Source: an uncultured Gemmatimonadales bacterium (lineage in GTDB: Bacteria > Gemmatimonadota > Gemmatimonadetes > Gemmatimonadales > GWC2-71-9). Taken from it: a stretch of 64,000 bases of DNA. Positions 52,476 through 61,260 of this stretch are shown piece after piece. The position numbers were made by a program, and so were the translations under genes. The notes beneath the pieces were generated by a model. The model had not been told where the DNA came from. It saw only the letters and a program-made list of their open reading frames with translations, and did no database searches. The stretch lies in assembly GCA_963842945.1 (NCBI GenBank), contig CAWJIM010000019.1, positions 64,001-128,000 on the forward strand, read 5' to 3'. Numbering within the stretch: the first letter of the stretch is position 1; each line of letters starts with the position of its first letter.

Positions 52476-53593
52476 AGGCCTGGCTGGCGCGGCTCCGGCG
52501 GTTTCGGCCCACGGGTCTGCGCCATCTCGACCGATACGTGCTCCAAAGCTGGATCCGGATCTTTATCCTGACCGCGCTCGGATTCCCGCTGGTCTCGATC
52601 GTCATCAACTTGACCGACACCCTGAACCGATTGCTGGACCGCGGTCTCACCATGAAGGAGATCGTCGTCAGCTACATCTACTCCATCCCGGAGAACGCGT
52701 TCATCGTGATGCCGGCGGCGGTGCTCTTTGCCACCGTGTTCACGGTCGGCGCGATGGGGCGGCACTCGGAGCTTACGGCGGCCAAGGCGGGAGGCCAGAG
52801 CTTCCACCGGTTGATGCGGCCCATCTTCATTGCCGCCGCCGCGGCGTCAGTCCTGGCCTTTGTGGTGGGTGAGCTGGCGCCGGGCGCCACTGCGCGCCAG
52901 CTCGAGATTCAGAAGGCCAAGCAGGCCAGGCCGACGCGCACCCGCTTCAATTTCGTGTACCGGGGAGACCAGGGCTGGGTATATACCATCCGCTCGCTCG
53001 ACGTGGCCAACCGTCAGCTCAAGCAGCTCATGCTGGAGCGGCAGGGCACCGGTCTCAATTACCCCGGCCTGGTTCTGACGGCGGACAGCGCCACGTACGA
53101 TGACTCGCTCAAGATCTGGCGATTGCGGCGCGGAGCCAGCCGGATCATAGCGGGGCCCGCGAGACAGGCCACGTTCAACTTCCGCACGATGCGGCTTCGG
53201 GCCCTGCGCCAGGCCCCTACCGACCTGCTGGCGGAGTCCAAGGCGCCGGATGAGATGCGATATGCCGAGCTGGGCCGGTACATCGACGCGCTGAAGCGGT
53301 CGGGAAATGACGCCAACAAGCTGATCGTGGAGCAGGCCCTGAAACTGGCGCTGCCCGCCACCTGCCTGATCATCGCGCTCTTCGGTGCTCCGCTGGCAGT
53401 CACCTCGCCCCGCGCCGGAGCCGCCGTTGGCGTGGCCATCAGCCTCGGCACGACGGTGATTTTCCTCTTGTTTGTCCAGATCACCAAGGCTATTGGCGCC
53501 GGCGGAGTAATCGATCCGACCGTGGCGGCATGGATTCCCAACGTGGTGTTTCTGTTTGCGGGATTGGTGCTGCTGGCGCGAGTGAGGACGTGA
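52472..53593 (+). CDS. lptG: LPS export permease LptG
   Basis: LDRYVL, HSELTAAKAGG, KLALPATC, AAWIPN; ATGA-coupled to lptF. Confidence 0.88.
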   Translation: MKAWLARLRRFRPTGLRHLDRYVLQSWIRIFILTALGFPLVSIVINLTDTLNRLLDRGLTMKEIVVSYIYSIPENAFIVMPAAVLFATVFTVGAMGRHSELTAAKAGGQSFHRLMRPIFIAAAAASVLAFVVGELAPGATARQLEIQKAKQARPTRTRFNFVYRGDQGWVYTIRSLDVANRQLKQLMLERQGTGLNYPGLVLTADSATYDDSLKIWRLRRGASRIIAGPARQATFNFRTMRLRALRQAPTDLLAESKAPDEMRYAELGRYIDALKRSGNDANKLIVEQALKLALPATCLIIALFGAPLAVTSPRAGAAVGVAISLGTTVIFLLFVQITKAIGAGGVIDPTVAAWIPNVVFLFAGLVLLARVRT

Positions 53594-54203
53594 GGGCAGC
53601 GGGGCAGCGGGGCAGCGGGGCAAGGCAGCGAAGCAGCGAAGCGGCACGAAGCGGGGCAGGACTCAGCCACTTAATACTCTGCTGCGTAAACTCATGCCCA
53701 TGTCACCGCCACCGACCGATATAGGCCCCAGGTCAGTCGACCAGCGTGATCTCTAGAGCTTCGATCTCGCCCCATTCTTCGGCCTTGAGATAGGTCAAGA
53801 TCTCGAGCCAGCAGCAGGATATAGGACAACTTCGGATATCGAACCGAGCGAGATATCGAGAAAGCGGCGGAATTCAGCGCTTCCTCGCTTTGCCGACTCC
53901 TTCCGGCGATGTTGGCTGCGGTGGAATACGCCGCCCGCCGAGCTTGAGCTATAAGACCATACTCCTCGTGACGAGGCCAGGCTCGAGAGACTTGGTACAC
54001 TTCGATGCGCTCAAACTCGTGGCAGGCCGACCAGGACTTCAGCTTTCATGTCTTCTATTCGGCCCGCTTGCGTCGCCGAATACGACGCCGCTGCATGTAG
54101 CAAGTTCAGAGGCTCTGCAGCCAGCCATCTCACCATTTGCTCGCCGGCAGGATCGGTCGCACAGTTTCACCTGCCCCGCCTCCCCGCTGCCCCGCTGCCC
54201 CGC
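53594..54203. mobile_element. Candidate mobile cassette: a four-helix-bundle gene bracketed by inverted GGGGCAGC tandem repeats
   Basis: Perfect 22-bp IR (53599-53620 / 54182-54203) plus a 10-bp inner IR (53651-53660 / 54170-54179); begins immediately after the lptG TGA. Confidence 0.65.
53692..54058 (-). pseudogene. Four-helix-bundle protein (TIGR02436 / 23S rRNA IVS-protein-like) with many indels
   Basis: Stitched by hand across frames: LKSWSACHE..EVYQVSRAWPRHEEYGLIAQARRAAYSTAANIAEGSAKRGSAEFRRFLDISLGSISELSYILLLARDL.YL. About six single-base indels; could be intact if these are sequencing errors. Confidence 0.8.
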
Positions 54204-54217
54204 ACGTATATTTGATC

Positions 54218-55718
54218 ATGTCGACCCCCCTCCCCGTCATCGTCGGCACCGGCATTGCCGGCCTCTGGACGGCTTGGCGGCTCGCCTCCGAGGGCGGCTC
54301 CGCCGTTCTCATTACTAAGGAAACTCTGGTTGACAGCGCCAGCGCCTGGGCCCAGGGCGGCATCGCCGTTGCCCTGGGACCGGGGGACAGCCCGGGGCAG
54401 CACGCGGCCGACACCCTGGCCGCCAGCGATGGCCTGGCCGACCCCGAAGCAGTCCGGATTCTCACCAACGAGGGGCCCGACCGGATCTACGAGCTGCTGG
54501 AGCTGGGAGCCAAGTTCGACCGGGGGCCGGACGGCAGGCTCCGATTAGGCCTGGAAGCGGCCCACACTAGACCCAGGATCATCCATGCGGGGGGAGACCG
54601 AACCGGCGCCGCCCTCATCAGCTGTCTGGCACAGGTGATCAGGGATCATCCCGAAATCGAGATCCTGGAGCACACCGAGGTCACCGGCCTGGTCAATCAG
54701 AAGGGCCATATCGTTGGCGTCACGCTGATCCGGCAAGGCGGCCCAGCCGAGATACTGCCGGCATCGGCAGTCATTCTCGCGACCGGTGGAGTGGGCCAGC
54801 TGTATGAGGTCACCACCAATCCCCGGGTGGCGACGGCCGACGGCTGGGCTCTGGCCCACAAAATCGGCGCCCAGCTCCGCGACATCGAATTCCTTCAGTT
54901 TCATCCCACTGCGCTGAAGATCCCCGGTCTCAATCCAGCTCCCCTCATCTCCGAGGCCGTCCGCGGCGCCGGAGCCGTACTGCTGAACAAGGCCGGCCAC
55001 CGGTTTTCACTGGACTTCGACAGTCGCGGCGAGCTCGCTCCCCGGGATATCGTAGCTCGCGCCGTGGCCGCAGCCGACGCCAGCTGGGGGTGCCTGGCTC
55101 GACGCGCGGGAAATTCCAGACTTTCCTACCCAGTTCCCCGGAATCACCGCGATGCTCGCGCGGCACGGTCTCGATCCCAGGACCGACCTCCTGCCGGTGG
55201 CGCCCGCCCTGCACTACGCCATGGGGGGCATCCAGACGGACCTCAAGGGGCGAACCACCAGGCCCGGCCTCTGGGCAGTAGGGGAAGTTGCCCGCACCGG
55301 CGTGCATGGCGCCAACCGCCTGGCTTCCAATTCACTCCTGGAGGGTCTGGTCTTCGCCGACCGGGCCGGCCGATCCGTCGCCGAGAAGTCGAGGAGCAAG
55401 ACGGGAGCGAATCTCTCCGGTGGGGACATCGGGATCGAGGAGACAGGAGCAGACCTGCAGTACGAGGCCACCCGCGAGCAGATGCGTCATCTGATGACGG
55501 CCAATGTCGGGCTGCAGCGGAGCGAGACGTCCCTGCTCCAGGCCGAGCAGGAGCTCGAGCGACTTACCAGCACCACGCCGGTGGAGGCCTGGCGCACGAG
55601 AAACCAGCTGCTCGTGGCAGGACTCATCACCCAGGCAGCGCGCCGCAGACGAGAAAGCCGGGGAGGCCACCGCCGCACCGACTATCCGCCTGACTCGCTC
55701 AAGCGCGAGGCCGTCTGA
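54218..55718 (+). CDS. nadB: L-aspartate oxidase (frameshift near 55085)
   Basis: IVGTGIAG, SAWAQGGIA, QFHPT, LISEAVRG, ELAPRDIVARA, HYAMGG, GVHGANRLASNSLLEG, ESRGGH. Confidence 0.95.
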
Positions 55719-56728
55719 TGGCGGCCTCCACCAATGGCGGCCTTTCGCTCCCGGTCATCGAGTCTCCCCAGGAAACGCCGGAGCAGATCGCTGAGCTGCA
55801 GGCGGAAATCCGCCGGCTGGCCCGGGCCAGAAACGCGGTGGTGCTCGCGCACAATTACCAGCGCCCCGAAATCCAGGATGTGGCCGACTACGTGGGCGAC
55901 TCATTGGGTCTGTCCCGTCAGGCGGCAGCCACCCAGGCCAACGTCATCATCTTCTGCGGTGTCCACTTCATGGCGGAGACCGCGGCCATTCTCTCTCCCC
56001 AGAAGCGGGTTCTGCTGCCCGACCTGCGGGCGGGGTGCTCCCTCGCGGCGACCATTACGGCTGATGATGTTCGGAGCTGGAAGGCTCAGTTTCCCGGCTA
56101 CATCGCGGTGGGCTACGTCAACACCACGGCCGAAGTGAAAGCCGAGCTGGACTACTGCTGCACCAGCGGCAACGTGCTCGACGTGATCGACGCCATTCCG
56201 GAAGACAAGGGGATTCTCTTCCTGCCCGACTTCTTCCTCGGCAGTCACGTCCGGCGGATGCGGCCGGACCGGCGGATCGAGGTCTGGATGGGAGAGTGTC
56301 ACGTCCACAAGGGTATTCGCCCCGACGTACTGAATCAGGCGCGGGCCGATTATCCCGAGGCAGAGGTGCTGGTTCACCCGGAGTGCGGGTGCGCCGGTCA
56401 GCTCATCTACAGCATGGGTCTGGGCGACATCAGCCCCGAAGGACTGCACATCACCTCGACCGAGGGGATGATTCGAAAGGTCACCGAGCGTCCGGCCACC
56501 ACATTTATCGTGGCCACCGAGACCGGGATCATGCACCGGATGCAGCAGGTTGCGCCCAACAAGCAGTTCATCCCGGCGGATCCTGAGGCGGTGTGCGCAT
56601 TCATGAAGACGATCACCCTTCCCGAGGTCCGCAATTCACTCGCCCTCGATCGATATCACATCACCGTACCTTCCGACATAGCTGCCCGAGCTCGCCGAGC
56701 CATCGATCGCATGGTGGCGCTGGGATAA
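55718..56728 (+). CDS. nadA: Quinolinate synthase
   Basis: LAHNYQ, GDSL, FCGVHFMAETA, AGCSLA, YVNT, CHVH, VHPEC, CAFMK. Confidence 0.96.
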   Translation: MAASTNGGLSLPVIESPQETPEQIAELQAEIRRLARARNAVVLAHNYQRPEIQDVADYVGDSLGLSRQAAATQANVIIFCGVHFMAETAAILSPQKRVLLPDLRAGCSLAATITADDVRSWKAQFPGYIAVGYVNTTAEVKAELDYCCTSGNVLDVIDAIPEDKGILFLPDFFLGSHVRRMRPDRRIEVWMGECHVHKGIRPDVLNQARADYPEAEVLVHPECGCAGQLIYSMGLGDISPEGLHITSTEGMIRKVTERPATTFIVATETGIMHRMQQVAPNKQFIPADPEAVCAFMKTITLPEVRNSLALDRYHITVPSDIAARARRAIDRMVALG

Positions 56729-56738
56729 CGGCAGAGTC

Positions 56739-57582
56739 TTGGCGCCCCAATCGGCAATAGATCAGATCGCCGCTCTCGCGCTGGAAGAGGACGGCGTCCG
56801 CGACATCACCTCCGAGCTTACCGTTTCACCGGCGCTCAAGGGTTTTGGTGTGATCGAGTTTCGGAGTGGAGGTTTACTCGCGGGCACGGAATACGCCACC
56901 GCCGTGGCCCGGGCCTGCGGCTGCGCCATCGAGTGGAACGTTGGAGACGGCGACGTGGTTCGGCCTGGATCGACGATCGGCCTGGTGAGTGGCGAACTCC
57001 GCGGTATTCTCCGGGCCGAACGTCCGCTGCTGAATCTGCTGCAGCGCGCCTCCGGTATTGCCGATGCCACCCGGGGCTTTGTGGATGCGATCCAGGGCAC
57101 GAGCTGCCGAGTCCTCCACACCCGGAAGACTGCACCCGGGCTTCGAGCGTTGGACATTGACGCGGTGCTGGCGGGAGGGGGACAGCGTCACCGGGCAGAC
57201 CTGGCCCACGAGCTGATGCTGAAAGACAATCACTGGCAGGCCCTGGCCCGCGAAGGGACCACGCTGGCTCAGGTGCTCGCGCGAGCCGGGGCCGAGGGAG
57301 TGACCGCCATGTATGTCGAGGTGGAATCGGTCGAGCAGCTGGAGACCGCGTGTCGGGCCGGCGCTACCCGATTGCTGGTGGATAATCAGACGCCGGGCAC
57401 GCTGCAGGCCTGGGCCAGGCTGGCGCGGGAGCGATCGCCGGGAATCGAGATCGAAGCGACCGGAGGAATTACCCTGGAGAACGCGCGCGGCCTACGCGGA
57501 AGCCGGCGCGGACTTCATCTCGGTAGGAGCCCTCACCCACAGTGTGAAGGCGGCGGACATCGCCGTCGAGATCAAATTTTAG
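56739..57582 (+). CDS. nadC: Quinolinate phosphoribosyltransferase (frameshift near 57490)
   Basis: ALEED, AERPLLNLLQRASGIA, TRKTAPGLR, LKDNH, EVE, EATGGI, then ISVGALTHS in another frame. Confidence 0.93.
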
Positions 57583-57613
57583 TACTTGGCCGCATGCACC
57601 GCTCCGCGGGTAT

Positions 57614-57863
57614 CCGACGGAGGTGAACGCAATCAGAACAGCTTAGCCACGGATGAACGCGGATAACTGCAGGGATCGTTCCCTATACCCAACAGTTCCC
57701 TGCTTTGAACTCTAAGATCAGCACTTTGGTCAAAGGCACACGGTTAAGTCTTAATGTGGGAAGTCTGTCAGGGAGCTGTTCTGGCCGGGGAGCGATCCGT
57801 GTTGTTATCTGTGTCCATCTGTGGCAGACGTTGTATCTGCGTTCATCTGCGTTCATCGGCGGC
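57614..57863 (+). repeat. Decamer-repeat (ATCTGCGTTC) inverted element forming a hairpin of about 245 nt; candidate structured RNA
   Basis: Nested helices 57621-57631/57838-57848, 57646-57667/57804-57825, 57673-57683/57788-57798 and 57691-57702/57769-57780. Confidence 0.8.
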
Positions 57864-59237
57864 AAAATTCTTTTCCAATGCCGGCCCCGCTTCCAATGAC
57901 CCTCGGCTTCTCCTCCACCAGGCCCACGCCAGATACGCCGGAATGCCGGCGAGAATGATTGCGAAGGTAATGCCGGTGTTTACCGGGTCGGTCCAGAGCG
58001 CGTTGATCACCATTGCCAGTGAGGCGAGAAGGAACAGCGCCGGAACCGCCGGATAGCCCCAGGTCCGATAGGGCCGGAGCAGATCGGGTCGGCTACGCCT
58101 CAGTACAAACACCGCCCCGACCGCGAGAGCATAGAAGGGCCAGATGCCCAGGATGAACTTGTCTGCCAGCTGCTGGAAGTCGTTGAGCAGGACATAGACC
58201 ACGCCGAGTGCCGTGGCCAGCCACACGGCAACCGAAGGGCTGTGGTATCGAGGGGAGACCCGGGCGATCGACTGAAAGAAGAGGCCGCGGTCTGCCATGG
58301 CAAAGAAGATCCGGGGTCCCGTCATCATCGATCCGATCAGGGTGCTGAAGCAGGAGACCATGACAACGGCGGAAATTGCCGCACCAGCGTACCGGCCGAG
58401 CAAGGGTATCTGCTCCGCTGCCGTCGCGGCGATCAGGGGAGAGCGCGCCATCTGATCCAGCGGCACGAGGTAGATATAGGCGAGGTTGAGCAGGAGATAG
58501 ATCAGCAGGATGCCGGATGTCCCAACGATCAGCGCCAGCGGCAGGGTGTGGCCCGGATTCCGGACCTCGCCCCCCACGAACGAGAGATCGGCCCAGCCAT
58601 CGTAGGTCCACATGATGGCGATCAGCGCCGTCGCGATCAGTGAAAGATTGATCCCGCTGCTCCAGGCCGGGGTGAAGTGCGCCGTGCTGCCCTGCCCCGC
58701 CGCGAACGCCAGGATCACCAAAACGGCGAGCGCTCCGTACTTGGCAACGGTGGCAAGATTCATCAGAACAGCTGCGCGATTTACCCCGAGATAGTTCAGG
58801 AGTCCCACCGCAATCACCGCTGCAGCGGCCACCCAGCGGACCTGCATCGGAGTCAGCGCAATGAATCGGCCGAGATACTCGGCGAAGATGGTAGCGATGG
58901 CTCCCAGGGCGGAGGCGCGGATCACGGTGAGCTCCGACCAGCCGAACAGGAACGCCGGCATCGGGCCGAACGCCTCCAGGATGTAGGCGAAGACACCTCC
59001 CGATCGCGGAAGGGCTCCCGCCAACTCAGCCAGAGTGAGGGCACCGAAGAGGGCGATGACCCCGCCGAGAACCCAGGCCAGAAGGACCGGCCCGGGCGAC
59101 TGGAGCCGCTCCGCGACGCTTGCGGGCACCCGGAAGATGCCACTTCCGATGGTCGAGCCGATGAGCACCGCGACGGCGCTCCACAAGCCCAGGTGGCGGG
59201 GTAGTCGTTCGCCCCAGGCGTCGCGTTCTGGAAGCAT
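57843..59237 (-). CDS. APC-family amino acid permease
   Basis: GSTIGSGIF, AELAGALPRSGG, WTYDGW, GEVRNP, RPYRTWGYP; about 12 TMs; likely start MLPERD. Confidence 0.92.
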   Translation of the reverse strand: MLPERDAWGERLPRHLGLWSAVAVLIGSTIGSGIFRVPASVAERLQSPGPVLLAWVLGGVIALFGALTLAELAGALPRSGGVFAYILEAFGPMPAFLFGWSELTVIRASALGAIATIFAEYLGRFIALTPMQVRWVAAAAVIAVGLLNYLGVNRAAVLMNLATVAKYGALAVLVILAFAAGQGSTAHFTPAWSSGINLSLIATALIAIMWTYDGWADLSFVGGEVRNPGHTLPLALIVGTSGILLIYLLLNLAYIYLVPLDQMARSPLIAATAAEQIPLLGRYAGAAISAVVMVSCFSTLIGSMMTGPRIFFAMADRGLFFQSIARVSPRYHSPSVAVWLATALGVVYVLLNDFQQLADKFILGIWPFYALAVGAVFVLRRSRPDLLRPYRTWGYPAVPALFLLASLAMVINALWTDPVNTGITFAIILAGIPAYLAWAWWRRSRGSLEAGPALEKNFAADERR

Positions 59238-59303
59238 GGCCAAATATATGCCTCGCCAGCTATAATGGCTCACGTCACCATCTTGGAACGCTCAAAATCA
59301 GCG

Positions 59304-61190
59304 ATGAACGAAACACGACACAGGGACCCAGGGCTGCTCCGGCGGCTGGCATGGACGGGAGCAGCGCTGGCCTTCGGGCTCATCGTGCTTGGTGGGGTGG
59401 TCCGGATTACCGGCTCCGGAATGGGGTGCGGCGAGCACTGGCCCCGGTGCCACGGGGAGTGGTTCCCCCCGCTCGACCTGCCCACCATGATCGAGATCGG
59501 TCATCGCTGGGCCGCTGCGCTGGTCGGCCTGGTGGTGCTCGCGCTTACGACCGTCGCCTGGGTGCGCCATCGCAGTGAGCCGAGGCTGAGGACACCGGCG
59601 ACGCTGGCCTCGGGTCTCCTGGTGGTGCAGGTCCTCCTGGGGGCGGTAACGGTGAAACTGGCGCTGCCGCCCTGGGTCGTGATCACCCATCTGGCCAATG
59701 CCATGGCGCTGCTGGCCGTGCTCCTTGTAACGGCGCTCAGAGCGGGAGAGCCGAACCAGCCGGCGGTTCCGGCGACTCGCCATCGGCTCCAGAGGCTGGT
59801 GTGGACCACCGCGGGCCTCGGCTTTGTCGTGATTCTCTTCGGAGCCCAAGTCGCGAACTTCAGCGCTGGTTTGCTCTGCCTCGGCCTTCCGCTCTGCAAC
59901 GGAACGCTGCTGCCTCCGGCTGCCCCGTTAGCCGCCCTGCACTGGACCCACCGGGTTCTCGCCTTCCTCTTTCTCGGTCTGGTGCTGACCCTGACCATCC
60001 TGGTGCTGCGGGACCGGACCTCCGGCCCCGGCCTCCGGCGGTGGACCCTCGTGGCTGCCGGGGTGACCGGGCTCCAGCTCTGTGTGGGCGCCATCATGGT
60101 AACCCGCCTGCTTCCTCCGGAGCTTCGCGCCGCCCATTTGATGGTGGGTACGCTCCTTTGGGCGACTCTGGTGATACTGGTATTCCAGGCGAATCGAAGC
60201 CCCAGCGGCGTATTCGAGACGGGTAAGACCCACACCAGCCCGCCCGGCCTGCTGGCCGACCTGGTCACCCTAACCAAGCCACGGATCATCTCGCTGCTGC
60301 TGGTCACCACGGTGGCCCCGATGTTCATCACCCCGGCGGGGCTGCCCTCACTCTCGCAGGTCCTGTGGGTGCTGCTGGGCGGCTATCTGATGGCGGGCGG
60401 CGCGAACGCGATCAACATGTGGTTCGATCGGGATATCGACGACAAGATGAGCCGAACCCGGTTGCGTCCCATTCCAGCAGGCCGAATCTCTCCCTCGGCC
60501 GGCCTGGGCTTCGGGATCGGCCTGGGAGTGGTGGCTTTTGCCGTCCTCTGGTACAGGGTCAATTCGCTGAGCGCCTGGTTGGCGCTGGGTGGGCTCCTGT
60601 TCTACGTCTTCATCTACACCATCTGGCTCAAGCGCTCCAGTCCGCAGAACATCGTGATCGGCGGTGCGGCTGGCGCCTTTCCTCCGCTGGTGGGATGGAC
60701 CGCCATGACCGGAGAGCTGGACCTGGCAGCCATCTACCTGTTCGCGATCATCTTCTACTGGACCCCGCCACATTTCTGGGCCCTCGCGCTGATCAAGCAG
60801 GGTGAGTACGCCCGCGCAGGAGTGCCCATGCTGCCCGTGGTGCACGGCGAGCAGCGCACGAAGTTCGAGATGCTGGCGTACACCCTGATCCTGCTGCCAC
60901 TCACGCTCATGCCGGCATTCTTCGGCGCCCTGGGCTCCTTCTATGGTTTGGCGGCATTGCTTCTGGGGGCCAGGTTGCTGTGGTATTGCGTCCGGTTGTT
61001 GCGAGAGCATTCCTCGACGCCGGTTGCCTGGAAGATGTATCGCTATAGTCTGCTCTACCTCGCTTTATTGTTCGTGGCCATGGGAATAGACCGGGCCCTG
61101 CCCTTCGGTCACCGTCCTGCCAGAGTGTTCATCCTCAATCACCCCGAGCGGGTGCTCGCAACCCCCGCAGGCGGGCACCACGACCGCTAG
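59304..61190 (+). CDS. Fused heme A synthase (CtaA/COX15) and heme O synthase (CtaB/CyoE)
   Basis: N-half GGVVRITGSGMGCGEHWPRC...EIGHR; C-half LTKPRII, NMWFDRDIDDKMSRTRLRP, NIVIGG, WTPPHF; one continuous frame. Confidence 0.9.
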   Translation: MNETRHRDPGLLRRLAWTGAALAFGLIVLGGVVRITGSGMGCGEHWPRCHGEWFPPLDLPTMIEIGHRWAAALVGLVVLALTTVAWVRHRSEPRLRTPATLASGLLVVQVLLGAVTVKLALPPWVVITHLANAMALLAVLLVTALRAGEPNQPAVPATRHRLQRLVWTTAGLGFVVILFGAQVANFSAGLLCLGLPLCNGTLLPPAAPLAALHWTHRVLAFLFLGLVLTLTILVLRDRTSGPGLRRWTLVAAGVTGLQLCVGAIMVTRLLPPELRAAHLMVGTLLWATLVILVFQANRSPSGVFETGKTHTSPPGLLADLVTLTKPRIISLLLVTTVAPMFITPAGLPSLSQVLWVLLGGYLMAGGANAINMWFDRDIDDKMSRTRLRPIPAGRISPSAGLGFGIGLGVVAFAVLWYRVNSLSAWLALGGLLFYVFIYTIWLKRSSPQNIVIGGAAGAFPPLVGWTAMTGELDLAAIYLFAIIFYWTPPHFWALALIKQGEYARAGVPMLPVVHGEQRTKFEMLAYTLILLPLTLMPAFFGALGSFYGLAALLLGARLLWYCVRLLREHSSTPVAWKMYRYSLLYLALLFVAMGIDRALPFGHRPARVFILNHPERVLATPAGGHHDR

Positions 61191-61260
61191 CGCTATCCCG
61201 CGGGTTCCGGCCCCCGGGCGGCTGGTCCGTCTCTGGCCCAGGGTCCGGCCGTATCGCCGG

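Noticed and set aside
53692..54058. Four-helix-bundle gene as the Avd of a diversity-generating retroelement
   Set aside because: No reverse transcriptase and no template/variable repeat pair are seen in the window.
16774..57863. Tandem repeats as CRISPR arrays
   Set aside because: The units are 7-10 nt with no unique spacers, and no cas genes are present.
57614..57863. Long hairpin as 6S RNA or an NAD riboswitch
   Set aside because: It lacks the large central bubble of 6S, lies downstream rather than upstream of the nad genes, and its outer arms are repeats. An Rfam scan is needed to exclude this fully.
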